A stretch of 64,000 nt of DNA from a virus (lineage: Duplodnaviria > Heunggongvirae > Uroviricota > Caudoviricetes). Each line of letters starts with the position of its first letter. The stretch's first letter is position 1. The notes beneath the pieces were generated by a model. The model saw only the letters and a list, made by a program, of their open reading frames with translations. It was not told the origin of the DNA and ran no database searches. The position numbers and the translations under genes were made by a program. The stretch covers positions 224,001 to 288,000 of the IMG/VR virus record IMGVR_UViG_3300015615_000629. One strand, 5' to 3'. This document shows positions 10,427 through 20,244 of the stretch, piece by piece.

Positions 10427-10860
10427 TTTATCCCAAGTTCTTTCTTAATCTTCTTGCGTTCTTCTGCCAGTCTGGTTTCTAGCATCTTCTTTTTTTCTCG
10501 ATAACTCTTGGTCTTTTCTTTTTTTGCTGCTTCCTTTTTCTCGACCTCTTCAATAATCTCTCTCGTTCTGGCTACAATTTGGTCGTTGTCCATGAAAAGA
10601 AGTTCTTTTTCAAAACCATCAGGATAAGCCAAGTATAATTTGCCAGAGAATGCCCCAGCACTTACTAAATCGTATCGCAAAACCTGAGACAGACTGAACT
10701 CTTGTTCATCGTAATCGCACCACTCAAAATGGCACTTAAATGCCTTACAGAGCAAGTCTATAACTTCGTTTATCCTGTTTTCAATTTTTCCGCTAAGTTC
10801 GTCCGTTTTTTCCTGCTGGACAAAATATTCAGTAATATCATTTTCTGTTAACTTGTCCAT
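10423..10860 (-). CDS. hypothetical protein
   Basis: 145-aa ORF in tiled operon. Confidence 0.7.
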   Translation of the reverse strand: MDKLTENDITEYFVQQEKTDELSGKIENRINEVIDLLCKAFKCHFEWCDYDEQEFSLSQVLRYDLVSAGAFSGKLYLAYPDGFEKELLFMDNDQIVARTREIIEEVEKKEAAKKEKTKSYREKKKMLETRLAEERKKIKKELGIK

Positions 10861-11261
10861 ATCATTCCTACCTTTCCATACAATTTTTCTACTTCGTCTC
10901 TATTATTGTGTTCATCACATAGTTGGAACATTTTTGTATCGACGATTGCCAATAATGTTGTCCATTCTCCACAAACTTGACATTTTCTCTGCGTATTTTT
11001 GTCCTCTGTTTTTAATCGAAGTTGGAAATCTAAAATATATTGCTTATAACATTCTTCTGCTTCTTCTTGCGTTTCATGACCACATTCGTGGAATTTATCA
11101 GAATTCTCTGTAATGCATTTAACATCTTCAGGGAACAAATTATAGACTTCATTAGTAACATCTGGCAGATGGCAATAACCAACAGGGTATATAAAATTAT
11201 CGTTCTGACACGTGTAGTCCCATTTGCCATCTTTACGTTGTTTGGCTGAGTAATAATTCAC
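10848..11261 (-). CDS. hypothetical protein, Cys/His-rich (CxxC...C..H)
   Basis: 137-aa ORF in tiled operon. Confidence 0.7.
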   Translation of the reverse strand: MNYYSAKQRKDGKWDYTCQNDNFIYPVGYCHLPDVTNEVYNLFPEDVKCITENSDKFHECGHETQEEAEECYKQYILDFQLRLKTEDKNTQRKCQVCGEWTTLLAIVDTKMFQLCDEHNNRDEVEKLYGKVGMIWTS

Positions 11262-11758
11262 TTTACTTCCTCGGGAACAACATAAATAGTTCCATCGCCT
11301 GATGGATAGAATTGCAATTCTATTTCTTTCTGTTTTTCACCTTCACGTATTACGCGGGAAGGTTGACGACTACAGCCAATAAAGAAGAAACACAATAACA
11401 TTAGTCCTAGTCCTAAAAGCGGATGTTTCTTGTAAGTTTCGGCAGCGGCGTCGAAAGCACCTTTTGCTATTTTCATTTCCTTAATTATTTCTTCATCAAT
11501 TTTGATAATGTTCACAGGAATTATATCGCCATTAATGGCTCCCCAGAAACCGTCCATTAGAAAAGTCGCTTCAATTACATCGGCTTTTGTACCTTCTAAA
11601 TAAGCCAATTTCTTCCCTTTACAAGACATAATGGCAAAAACGCCATTATCTGGCAATCTATGAAAAAACTTTTCTCTTAATTGATCAATATCCGATGGAT
11701 TACTGTTCATCTTTTTTACTCGAATGAGCGAACATTTTCGATAAACGACTAGTGGCAC
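11258..11758 (-). CDS. hypothetical membrane protein (start probably ~11710)
   Basis: Hydrophobic segment near C-terminus; tiling. Confidence 0.6.
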   Translation of the reverse strand: MPLVVYRKCSLIRVKKMNSNPSDIDQLREKFFHRLPDNGVFAIMSCKGKKLAYLEGTKADVIEATFLMDGFWGAINGDIIPVNIIKIDEEIIKEMKIAKGAFDAAAETYKKHPLLGLGLMLLCFFFIGCSRQPSRVIREGEKQKEIELQFYPSGDGTIYVVPEEVK

Positions 11759-11939
11759 TTCTGTTTGGGTCTGACAAGCCGTTATCTAGACGATTTCGAT
11801 TTGTCGTATAAAGTCCAAATTCATCCTTAAGGACTACTTTGGTTTCATCACCCAACTTTTCAGTTTCTGCCTTGTCAATCATAGAGGCGTGACTGCCGAA
11901 TACACTTGGATATGCGTAACTACTTTTCTTTTCTGCCAT
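11700..11939 (-). CDS. hypothetical phage protein
   Basis: 79-aa ORF with SD. Confidence 0.7.
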   Translation of the reverse strand: MAEKKSSYAYPSVFGSHASMIDKAETEKLGDETKVVLKDEFGLYTTNRNRLDNGLSDPNRSATSRLSKMFAHSSKKDEQ

Positions 11940-11948
11940 TGTTATTTC

Positions 11949-12233
11949 CTATCTTAAATCACTTGATTGTTTTGGTTCGTTTATACAGCATCTGGGCTTA
12001 TCGGCCTTTGCTGACATCAACTTAAAGCCATGCTCTTTAGCTGCTTCGACGCATTTGTTTAAACTATCAATTAAAGATTCAACTTCTTCCTTGCCTAAAA
12101 CACATTCAAATCTAGTGTCGTTTTTGTCGGATTTCACAGTAAGTAAAACTTTACACTCTTTAGTTCTCATTACTTTGAGTAGGTTGTTGTCTACTCCTAT
12201 TTCGTCGGGGTATAACGCTGTTCTAACTTGCAT
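11949..12233 (-). CDS. hypothetical protein
   Basis: 94-aa ORF tiling. Confidence 0.65.
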   Translation of the reverse strand: MQVRTALYPDEIGVDNNLLKVMRTKECKVLLTVKSDKNDTRFECVLGKEEVESLIDSLNKCVEAAKEHGFKLMSAKADKPRCCINEPKQSSDLR

Positions 12234-12234
12234 T

Positions 12235-12927
12235 TTAATGCTCCAAAAATACTAAATCTAATTTTCCAGGTTTAAAGCAGAATTGGCAAGACTGGCAATC
12301 TGGAGAATTTCCTGTCTGTTCGGGACATACGATTGCTTTCTTTCCAGTAACCGTTTTATACCTTTTATCAGAAAGTTTTTCAAGGCGAACGTCTGTACTT
12401 AGCCAAGCGGTTCGCCAACCATCAGGAACAGATTCATTAATTGTCTTATCCATACTTGCCCAAAGATGAACATTCGGCAATAACCTAAGTTCATTAAGAG
12501 CGACAAGCATCTCAGGAATCCGCCAAGAACGAGTATAACCAAAGAAAATTACTTCTGGATGCTGCTTAACAATTTTCGTCCAAGCATTTACATATTCAAC
12601 AGTTCCGAAGTCTCCGGAAATATGCCATCTCAAGCAACGAACCCCTTTGGGCAAGGGAGGAATATCGCTACCTCTTTTAGTGTTCGCTGTCAACATTTCC
12701 CAAACAGGATTATTTTGCACCAATCTTTTAGCATAACAAATTGCTTCACATTCATCTGATGAGCCAACACAAGTATAGATGTTTCCAGGCAACGAAGAAT
12801 ACGTGAAAATATCTTTACCAATTTTTGAATTTCCCTTACCGTATGGTGAGATAAAAGATCTTCTATCTTCAATAAGATGCACAGCCAAATCATCAGAATC
12901 AACTTTATACCTGGATGCTTCTGTCAT
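12235..12927 (-). CDS. GP88-like protein (radical-SAM-related phage family)
   Basis: GNSKIG...TC...C...CYA, RWH.SGDF, YTRSW, CPEQ...C..C..C. Confidence 0.8.
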   Translation of the reverse strand: MTEASRYKVDSDDLAVHLIEDRRSFISPYGKGNSKIGKDIFTYSSLPGNIYTCVGSSDECEAICYAKRLVQNNPVWEMLTANTKRGSDIPPLPKGVRCLRWHISGDFGTVEYVNAWTKIVKQHPEVIFFGYTRSWRIPEMLVALNELRLLPNVHLWASMDKTINESVPDGWRTAWLSTDVRLEKLSDKRYKTVTGKKAIVCPEQTGNSPDCQSCQFCFKPGKLDLVFLEH

Positions 12928-14180
12928 TATAATTCTCCACTTTCGTACATTCTTCTAAAATGTCTGTAACCGCCATAAGTTGAAATGGCTCTCGCCAATT
13001 TCTTCAAGCCCATCTTTTGTAGGTTTGATTCGGTGGGAAAATGTCCAAGGTCATAAATAATTTTCTTTAAACCCATCACTGTTTCTTCCAATCCCCTTCT
13101 AGCCTTGGGTGTAAAGACAGAATAATCTACATCTGGAAAATTTAGATAACAGTTATTTCCGAATTCTTTTTTCATGTAATAATCATGATGTTGTGCTGCA
13201 TCGATTTGACTTTTAAAACTTTGAAAATATGTTTTTCCATTGCCTAGATTCGCAAAAGCACGCCAGCCGTTCGTATCTTTTGATACACCCTTGTAAACAG
13301 ATGCTCTCCCCGCCACGGCACTGCGGTGCCTATTAGACTTGGCCACCTTTGCATACACTTCACTTGAGTCCACAGTTTTAAACGAATCAATCCAATCTTG
13401 TGTCATCTCCAACATTGAAAAATTTGGGATTGTGTTATTGTAATTGCTTATTTTGTTACACAAGATTACAAAATAGTCAAGATCAAAATCCCATTTCATT
13501 TCATTAATATGTTTATGAGTCCAATGTATATTGTTTTTATTATAGCCTAATTTTGAATTTATCCTGTCGAGGGAGGCCGTACACTCATTTTTTCCCTTTT
13601 GCTTTAATATCTCCCCGTTAAAGTTGAAATAAATTGGAATCCCACTCAATATACATCGTCCATTTTGCTCAACATACTTTTCCCAAGCCTCCTCAATAGT
13701 TAAATCGAATTTGATATTTCGATTTCTAGCGTGTATAATATATTTTCCAAATTTAGATTTACTTAATCGCCCAACCCCTTTGAATTTAGCGAAATTTACA
13801 ACGTCTGGTATCTTAAGATTAGGTAAATCATCTTTTTTATTTGCAATCAGATAACACAGATTCAAAAAATATTCTTGCGAATATTCAAGTTTCATTACAT
13901 TTACTTCTTTATGAACCCACTGTAAATTTCCTTTGATATATCCTATTTTAGAATCAATGCGATCAAGAGACATTGTAGCGGTTGTAAGAGTATCTCCAGA
14001 TAATTTACAAATCTTTTTTTGTTTTTTGAACAAATATTCAACGTATTTTAAATCTACACCAAACTCCAACGAACGATCTAATGCTTTCTTACGAGTATCT
14101 GTCCATTTTCGGCCTGAAATAAACTCGCCACCTTGCCAATATGGGCTCTTTTTGCCCGGCTTTGTCTTGTTATAATTCAT
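12927..14180 (-). CDS. homing-endonuclease-like protein: two HNH-like repeats plus AP2 domain
   Basis: Two copies of C.LSG...SLDRI(D/N)S..GY...N..W.HK..N.MK; S.YKGV...WRA...AA..HD...LNFP (AP2). Confidence 0.75.
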   Translation of the reverse strand: MNYNKTKPGKKSPYWQGGEFISGRKWTDTRKKALDRSLEFGVDLKYVEYLFKKQKKICKLSGDTLTTATMSLDRIDSKIGYIKGNLQWVHKEVNVMKLEYSQEYFLNLCYLIANKKDDLPNLKIPDVVNFAKFKGVGRLSKSKFGKYIIHARNRNIKFDLTIEEAWEKYVEQNGRCILSGIPIYFNFNGEILKQKGKNECTASLDRINSKLGYNKNNIHWTHKHINEMKWDFDLDYFVILCNKISNYNNTIPNFSMLEMTQDWIDSFKTVDSSEVYAKVAKSNRHRSAVAGRASVYKGVSKDTNGWRAFANLGNGKTYFQSFKSQIDAAQHHDYYMKKEFGNNCYLNFPDVDYSVFTPKARRGLEETVMGLKKIIYDLGHFPTESNLQKMGLKKLARAISTYGGYRHFRRMYESGEL

Positions 14181-14234
14181 TGTTCCTTAATTTTGGAGAA
14201 TTAAGACGAACGAGATTAGTGACTTCTTCCTCGC

Positions 14235-14537
14235 TCATATCTCGATTGACCCGATAATAAATCTTTCAACTTCTAATGTAGAAGGACTAGGACTATACAT
14301 GTTTTTATTCAAATATTCAACTGCTATAACGGCTGCTTCTCGCGTTGGATAAACAGTTGCCTCAGAAATACTCCCCCAACCGCCACACTCATGAACGTCC
14401 TCAATATAATATCGAACGCTGACAGGGCATTTTCCCATTTTAATACTGACGCAGTAATTTCCTTTAACAGAACTTTTCCCAAAAATATTTTTTGTTTTTA
14501 CAAACAACCAAAAAAAACCATTCATATGCTCTTTCAA
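14235..14537 (-). CDS. hypothetical protein
   Basis: 100-aa ORF, ATGA overlap. Confidence 0.55.
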   Translation of the reverse strand: MKEHMNGFFWLFVKTKNIFGKSSVKGNYCVSIKMGKCPVSVRYYIEDVHECGGWGSISEATVYPTREAAVIAVEYLNKNMYSPSPSTLEVERFIIGSIEI

Positions 14538-15280
14538 AGAAACCTTCCAAATGGATGATCAATTCCTTTTAAAGCATCCTCAATTTCTTTTTGTATTCTT
14601 TCAGGAATATCGAAAGTTTCAACTTCTAAAACAGGACGTTTCTTCTCCACTTCTTCGCAAGCTATTTTATAATAATTTTCGTCTTTTTCAATCCCAATAT
14701 ATCTGCGGTTCAGTTTCTTAGCCGCGACCAAAGTTGTTCCCGCTCCCGCACAAGGGTCTAAGACAATATCGCCTTCGTTAGAACTGGTTTTAATTAGATA
14801 TTCCATCAACTTCAACGGTTTCTGAGTAGGATGAAGTTTATTGCGGCTACACGGGTAATTCCAGACAGAACTTTTACAACGTTCATTAAACGTTGCCTTT
14901 GGAAACTTTCCGTAAACGCAACACTCAACCGAGTTTAACCAAAGATGTTGACCATTAGCTGGCGATGGATTTGTTTTATGTAAAATGCACAATCTTGTTG
15001 ACATTTTATTGTCAACAAATTTTTTCCTAATTTCAGAAACTTGTTCTGTACCACAAAAAATGTAAATACTGCCTTTTGTAACTCGAATGCATTCTGTAAG
15101 AAATGCATCTAGTTCAAATGTGGTTGTATCGGCAGCCCCTTTATCAAAATTTCTGAGTCCGTTGGAAGGGCGATTAACCTCGCCGTATGGAATATCGGTC
15201 AAAAGCAATTGAATTGTCTTAGATTCAATCTCCGGTAGAATTGTCATACAATCGGCATGAATTATCTGGTTTGTTTCCAT
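14534..15280 (-). CDS. N4-C/N6-A DNA methyltransferase (beta class)
   Basis: TDIPY catalytic motif, HPTQKP, VLDPCAGAGTT SAM-binding motif. Confidence 0.9.
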   Translation of the reverse strand: METNQIIHADCMTILPEIESKTIQLLLTDIPYGEVNRPSNGLRNFDKGAADTTTFELDAFLTECIRVTKGSIYIFCGTEQVSEIRKKFVDNKMSTRLCILHKTNPSPANGQHLWLNSVECCVYGKFPKATFNERCKSSVWNYPCSRNKLHPTQKPLKLMEYLIKTSSNEGDIVLDPCAGAGTTLVAAKKLNRRYIGIEKDENYYKIACEEVEKKRPVLEVETFDIPERIQKEIEDALKGIDHPFGRFL

Positions 15281-15471
15281 ACTTTGTTATTTTCAATAAA
15301 AGTTTCTTCAGAAGAACATTCTAGTCCTTTAAATTCCAATGATGATAAATAGCAATTTTCAAACACATGCTTTTGATGATTAACATCTATAAAGTAAAAA
15401 TTACTGCCCTCCCACCAGCATTGGAACTCGCCATCAACAACCAGAATTTTAATTTCTACTTTATCGCTCAT
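15262..15471 (-). CDS. hypothetical protein
   Basis: 69-aa ORF, ATGA overlap. Confidence 0.6.
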   Translation of the reverse strand: MSDKVEIKILVVDGEFQCWWEGSNFYFIDVNHQKHVFENCYLSSLEFKGLECSSEETFIENNKVWKQTR

Positions 15472-15725
15472 TCTCTATGAATTGCTCCATGATCTTCCAT
15501 ACAATGGACGGCAATTCCAGCAATCTTTCGCATAACATCAAGTGCTTGTTGGTCGCCAGAATTTAAAGCCCATGCTTCTTGTAATTTCGAATGATAGTAG
15601 CCCAACATAGTAATGTAGTTACCTACGGTATGAGGTTGTCCATCTGTGCGGGTTGGTGGTAATTTATCTTGATAGTCTCGCTCGCCATCAATTACTAAAT
15701 AAACTTCATTTCTTGTGCTTTTCAT
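15468..15725 (-). CDS. hypothetical protein (small helical, MazG-like fold possible)
   Basis: ERDYQD...RKIAGIAVHCME pattern. Confidence 0.65.
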   Translation of the reverse strand: MKSTRNEVYLVIDGERDYQDKLPPTRTDGQPHTVGNYITMLGYYHSKLQEAWALNSGDQQALDVMRKIAGIAVHCMEDHGAIHRE

Positions 15726-15733
15726 TTCTTTCC

Positions 15734-17074
15734 TTAAGGTAATCGACTTGAATCTTCACACATATAAAGCCATTCCAAAGAATGATTGGCCCACTTTTCT
15801 AAAAGTTCTTCCCAAGTATCAGAAGTAATATCAATGTTAAACATATAGTAAGGAACATTGTCGCAACCACTAAATAAAGGCATCAAAATAGTTCGATCCC
15901 AGTTTTCACGATTATAAATCTGACCGAAGTTTAAATCTTTTCCTTCAGCAGAAACAACATCTTCAATTTCTCCATTTTCGATATTAATCGAATACTTTTC
16001 ATCTTTGTAACAATAGTTTTCCTTGTTTAAAAGAAAACACTTGGCCCACGCAGGTACGATATCGTGCCTACATTTTCCACATACATCTTCGGAGGAACCA
16101 GATTTGATCGAATAGACCCCATCGGCGTAAGATATTGTAAGTTTTCTACAACCTCTAGTAATTGCTTCACTCAGATTAAATAATTCCCACAAGAACATAT
16201 CTTCCGGTTCGAGTAGACAAACAAGGTCGTCTTTATCCCAAATAACATACTTGTCTCCATAGCTTTCTTTTTCAAATAAACATAGAGCAAGTTCTTTATT
16301 TACCAAAGTACGAAAAATCTCAACTTCTATTTTCTGATTTGGGAATTCATCCTTCATCCGATGAAAACTAAAGAATTTCTTAAATTTTCCCTTAACATCA
16401 ATGTTTGCTTTTAAATTTTCAATTAAATTCAAATAACGTTCGACACCCATCAAATCTATTAGAAGATGTTTAGAACTGTTGTTTTGCTTACTAATGTCAT
16501 CTAAAGTCAGGCTGTTGTGGTCTTTAATATGTTTTTCTTCAACCAAAACACCATTATAACAAAATATTTTTGACCCATCTTCAAACAAGACAGCATAATC
16601 ATCGGGATGATGGAATCCTAAGTCATTGTGATATACCTCCACAGGTCTTTCAAAGATATAGCAATGCTTTACTCCATAAACAACCGCATAACTATTGTCC
16701 CACAGTCTGTGCAATATTTCTTCTAATTCACTGTGCAATGGAAATCTATAAATATGGGAAATTGGAAGCGATACAGAAAAATCTGCCTTACCAATCATCT
16801 TCCTGTTTATTACTTCGCGTAAAACATTTTTAAAACGAGAACTTTTTCCGTAACTCCTATTCGTAACAAAATACGCAATGTCACCAGTTGTATCTGGGTC
16901 TAACCATTCTACCCCTCTACTAAAACAAGTGTCGAAAAAATCTTTTGTTCCCCTAACAAAAATTACTTCTGGTTCTTTTATCTTCCAATGACGATATAAA
17001 TCACGAATTGCCTTGGCACATTCGTCTCTATCAATCGGCTCGGTTTTCAGAAATAACTCTGTGAATTCGTTCAT
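15734..17074 (-). CDS. DUF6745-like domain protein
   Basis: TEPIDR..C..AI..LY; ERP...FHH.D.YAV.F.DG....NGV. Confidence 0.65.
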   Translation of the reverse strand: MNEFTELFLKTEPIDRDECAKAIRDLYRHWKIKEPEVIFVRGTKDFFDTCFSRGVEWLDPDTTGDIAYFVTNRSYGKSSRFKNVLREVINRKMIGKADFSVSLPISHIYRFPLHSELEEILHRLWDNSYAVVYGVKHCYIFERPVEVYHNDLGFHHPDDYAVLFEDGSKIFCYNGVLVEEKHIKDHNSLTLDDISKQNNSSKHLLIDLMGVERYLNLIENLKANIDVKGKFKKFFSFHRMKDEFPNQKIEVEIFRTLVNKELALCLFEKESYGDKYVIWDKDDLVCLLEPEDMFLWELFNLSEAITRGCRKLTISYADGVYSIKSGSSEDVCGKCRHDIVPAWAKCFLLNKENYCYKDEKYSINIENGEIEDVVSAEGKDLNFGQIYNRENWDRTILMPLFSGCDNVPYYMFNIDITSDTWEELLEKWANHSLEWLYMCEDSSRLP

Positions 17075-17080
17075 TAGAAA

Positions 17081-18274
17081 TTATTCTCTCCCGCCAATAC
17101 CTAACAATTCATTCAATTCTTCGTCATCCTCGTCGGCTGTCGATTCTTCGACCAAATCACCACTTTGAACCAAATCGAAAGCAGCACGATATTCAGATAC
17201 ATATTCCTCTACTTCATCGGCAGAATTAGCATCCACTAAAGCAGGACATTTAAGCAAGACTTCCAAAGGAACTGAATTCTGCTCCTTAGTTGCCTTGAAT
17301 TTCACTTCCATTCCATTACTATAAGGTTCTAATACTGAATAGTTCCCGGCCTTACCAGTAATTCGCTCAGCCAAAAGTAGGCTAGAAAGCAATCCACCTG
17401 TCGGATTAATTCCAGAATTAAAAAACAACTGAACTTCATCTACTTCTAAACCAGGAGTGAAACTTCTGTTCTTTTTATTTGCAAACTTAAGGCCAACTCC
17501 AATTGGAAAACCCAATTTATTTGTAAAATGCTTTTTAGCAGAAGTTCTTAATCGAAGACTGGCGTAAAAAGGTAACGCTTTTCCACCGCCGCCAGTCACC
17601 TCGGGATTTCCATAACCGCCAATGGCCGAACGAACCTGATTGATAATCACCATTGTGGCATCGTTGTCGCTTAAGAACGGATTCAAACGTCTTAAACAAT
17701 CACCAGCGGCTCTAGCACGCTCGCCGGGCTTCTCGTTAGAACCTACAATCTTTTTGAAATCAGCTTGCGTGTAATTATCCGGAAGATCGGCGTATTTAGA
17801 CTCTCTGCCACACATAACGGTCGAGATTGAATCCCACAAGAAAGCAATCGGCTTATCAACACCAAAATGTTGCCTAATTTTCTTTGTAACGGAAATTACC
17901 TTACGCTCAATCTGGTCGAATTCCATCAATTCGTAAACCAATAGTTTATCCGTATCAACATGTGCAGCAGCCCTCATGAAATCAGCATTTGATGAACGTT
18001 CGCAATCCAAATAAACTGCAATTCCGCCCATCTTTTGGCAACCACGTAAAACACAATTACCAAGCAAAGATTTAGCAGAGGCTTGTGGTCCATAAAGTTC
18101 ACTCAAACGACCCCCTGGAAAACCACCACCGAGGAATCGCCCGCTACACATCCAATTGATGCTTAAATTTCCGCTATCAATGTAATATTTACTTTTTCCT
18201 ACATCTGACAGCAATTGACCTCCTGTTTCAGAGGCCAATGCCGCAAATGCGTCTTCTTTTTGTTTTTTAGCCAT
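17081..18274 (-). CDS. uvsX: UvsX/RecA-like recombinase
   Basis: GGFPGGRLSELYGPQASAKS, YLDCE, WDSI, INQVR, GGGKALPFYASLR, KKNR. Confidence 0.9.
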   Translation of the reverse strand: MAKKQKEDAFAALASETGGQLLSDVGKSKYYIDSGNLSINWMCSGRFLGGGFPGGRLSELYGPQASAKSLLGNCVLRGCQKMGGIAVYLDCERSSNADFMRAAAHVDTDKLLVYELMEFDQIERKVISVTKKIRQHFGVDKPIAFLWDSISTVMCGRESKYADLPDNYTQADFKKIVGSNEKPGERARAAGDCLRRLNPFLSDNDATMVIINQVRSAIGGYGNPEVTGGGGKALPFYASLRLRTSAKKHFTNKLGFPIGVGLKFANKKNRSFTPGLEVDEVQLFFNSGINPTGGLLSSLLLAERITGKAGNYSVLEPYSNGMEVKFKATKEQNSVPLEVLLKCPALVDANSADEVEEYVSEYRAAFDLVQSGDLVEESTADEDDEELNELLGIGGRE

Positions 18275-18285
18275 AATTTCCTTCG

Positions 18286-18654
18286 TTAATTATTTTTGTC
18301 TTTAACCTTCTCAAACGCACAGGCAAGAGACGAATAAAAATGATATCTACCATTTGCAAAATAACTGATGTTTATTTTCTGCCCATCGACCTTCGTTACA
18401 GTTGCAACAAAATGTCCATCAACAGCGAATTGAGTAGTTTGTTCAGCTTTAAAATAAACCAAATCACCTACATTAAACGATTCTCCACAAGTGGAAGATG
18501 CTTTTTGTAACAATCGCAAAGACAAGTCATTAAATAAGTTATAACGAAATTTATAGTCACTAAGCCATGTGCAAACAATCGCACTATTAATGCCAGTGAC
18601 TACCATTGTCGGGCCACCAGACTTTAATTGAACAAGATCACCTAACTGAAACAT
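18286..18654 (-). CDS. YodC/DUF2158-like protein (duplicated SH3-like unit)
   Basis: FQLGDLVQLKSGGPTMVV...C.W; second FNVGDLV repeat. Confidence 0.8.
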   Translation of the reverse strand: MFQLGDLVQLKSGGPTMVVTGINSAIVCTWLSDYKFRYNLFNDLSLRLLQKASSTCGESFNVGDLVYFKAEQTTQFAVDGHFVATVTKVDGQKINISYFANGRYHFYSSLACAFEKVKDKNN

Positions 18655-18672
18655 GCTTTATTCCTTGTGTGT

Positions 18673-18738
18673 AAAAGAAAAGTGGCGGGGCTGGCTCTAA
18701 CAAAACGGAAAATCTCGGAACCTAGCCAGCCCCGCCAC
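18673..18738 (-). terminator. intrinsic terminator after SSB gene
   Basis: 15-bp perfect inverted repeat gtggcggggctggct/agccagccccgccac (18682-18696, 18724-18738) followed by U-rich tract on minus strand. Confidence 0.75.
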
Positions 18739-18742
18739 AAAT

Positions 18743-19750
18743 TTAAGCCTTTTCCATTTCCTTGAAGAATTCATCTTCGGTCATGGTAGGGTCAATATTC
18801 AAACTCTCCATAGAAGGAGTCATCGAATGCCCAGCTGTTCCGCCCAATTTAACGCCACCAGTTGCTTCTACAGCGTAATTTGCCTGTCCATCCGAGGAGG
18901 TTGTTACCGTTACCTTGGGAGCAGCGGCAACCTCTGTTTGGAATTCACTCGGATCGTAAGACCCATTATTCGGTGAATCGTTAGGAATCAATCCCAAATG
19001 AATCTTAAGTTGATGCTTAAGTTCTTCAACTGGACGGACAACTCGCAACGACACCAAATCATGCAAATGATCCATATAATAAGCGATTTCATCCGGTGTT
19101 CCCAATGCCGATGATTCATCGTCAAAGTGTGACTGACCGTAATCCGGATACGAATTGCCATCATGCCCAGAAATCATCTGCTTTGTGATAATCAAATCAC
19201 GGCCACGCTCTGGGTCGGCAACGTTTCCTAAACCCTTAATCTTAAGGGCTTTATTACCAAACATTTTATTGATGATAACCTTGTGAAGTTTCTCACCAAT
19301 CGAAAGAATCTTCGGATCAGGACGTTCGCCGTTTTCAGGGCGAACAATGCAGTTATAGTAATATCTTGGACGCGGTTTCAAACTACGTGCCAAGTTCTGC
19401 ATTCGCTCTTGCTCGTCTCTGCCCTTCTTCTCCGATTCCTGCCAGAGCCAAGTGTAATGAGAACAAATTGGACAATCACCTAGCCATTTGTCGCCATTTA
19501 ATTCACGTGGGCAATGAAAACTGCGTTCGTTAATTCTGTGAATTCTAGTAGCCATAAAGAAAGGGCTACGATCACGCTCAAACTTACCCGAAAGAGCCGG
19601 TCCTAAAAGACGGACTACAATAGCTCCTGTTTCGGGGAAAGCAACGAAATTCTTAAGAAAGTCGTCATTACCGCCGCCTTTCTTAGTATTCTTGTCTTGA
19701 GAAAGCCTTTCGTGCTCGACAAGAAGATCGTTCATAAAATCGTTAGACAT
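18743..19750 (-). CDS. gp32-like single-stranded DNA-binding protein
   Basis: VRLL..., H.CP...CPIC zinc site, RYYYN, KIL..G, D.E.GRD, YPDY..S.F, acidic C-terminus; next to UvsX. Confidence 0.85.
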   Translation of the reverse strand: MSNDFMNDLLVEHERLSQDKNTKKGGGNDDFLKNFVAFPETGAIVVRLLGPALSGKFERDRSPFFMATRIHRINERSFHCPRELNGDKWLGDCPICSHYTWLWQESEKKGRDEQERMQNLARSLKPRPRYYYNCIVRPENGERPDPKILSIGEKLHKVIINKMFGNKALKIKGLGNVADPERGRDLIITKQMISGHDGNSYPDYGQSHFDDESSALGTPDEIAYYMDHLHDLVSLRVVRPVEELKHQLKIHLGLIPNDSPNNGSYDPSEFQTEVAAAPKVTVTTSSDGQANYAVEATGGVKLGGTAGHSMTPSMESLNIDPTMTEDEFFKEMEKA

Positions 19751-19829
19751 AAGTTACTCCAAAAGTTAAAAAATAAGTAATTTTCTTCAATCTCAATAAC
19801 CAAACTATGATTACCGTCGTTGAAATAAA

Positions 19830-19858
19830 GTTATACAAGTAGTATCGTGTGGTTGCAA
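19830..19858 (-). promoter_or_regulatory. sigma70-type promoter for SSB-UvsX operon
   Basis: TTGCAA-17 nt-TATAAC on minus strand in intergenic space. Confidence 0.65.
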
Positions 19859-19872
19859 TAGAAATTTTTAAT

Positions 19873-20244
19873 TTATTCTAAAATTTCTTTAGTTTTTTCT
19901 TCTAAGTAATCCATTTTTTCTTTAAGTGTATGACAGCCTTCATCTTCCAGCTTCTCATTTATTTTCTTGCGATCTTCCAATTCTCGTTTATGTTCCTGTT
20001 CTAGTGCCTCGATTAACTTGATGTTGTGTTGAACCTTAGACTCAAACTCTCTGAATTTGGCAACCTTCTCAGGGTCTTTAGGGTTGACAATAGGGTCTAA
20101 CCTTATTTCCCCTACTCTTGCCGCTTTTTCAAGAGACTCATCGTACTTACGCTTCTTTCTGATAGCTTCTCGACGACGTAAAACTGTCTGCTTAGCAGCA
20201 CGTTCTCTATTTTTCTTCTTTCTATCTTGCATTTTTTTAGACAT
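19873..20244 (-). CDS. basic coiled-coil hypothetical protein
   Basis: 123-aa K/R/E-rich ORF with SD. Confidence 0.75.
   Translation of the reverse strand: MSKKMQDRKKKNRERAAKQTVLRRREAIRKKRKYDESLEKAARVGEIRLDPIVNPKDPEKVAKFREFESKVQHNIKLIEALEQEHKRELEDRKKINEKLEDEGCHTLKEKMDYLEEKTKEILE

Noticed and set aside
18682-18738. GC-rich inverted repeat as a mobile element end or riboswitch
   Set aside because: Single copy, directly after the SSB stop and followed by a U-rich tract; a terminator is the simpler explanation despite the 27-nt loop
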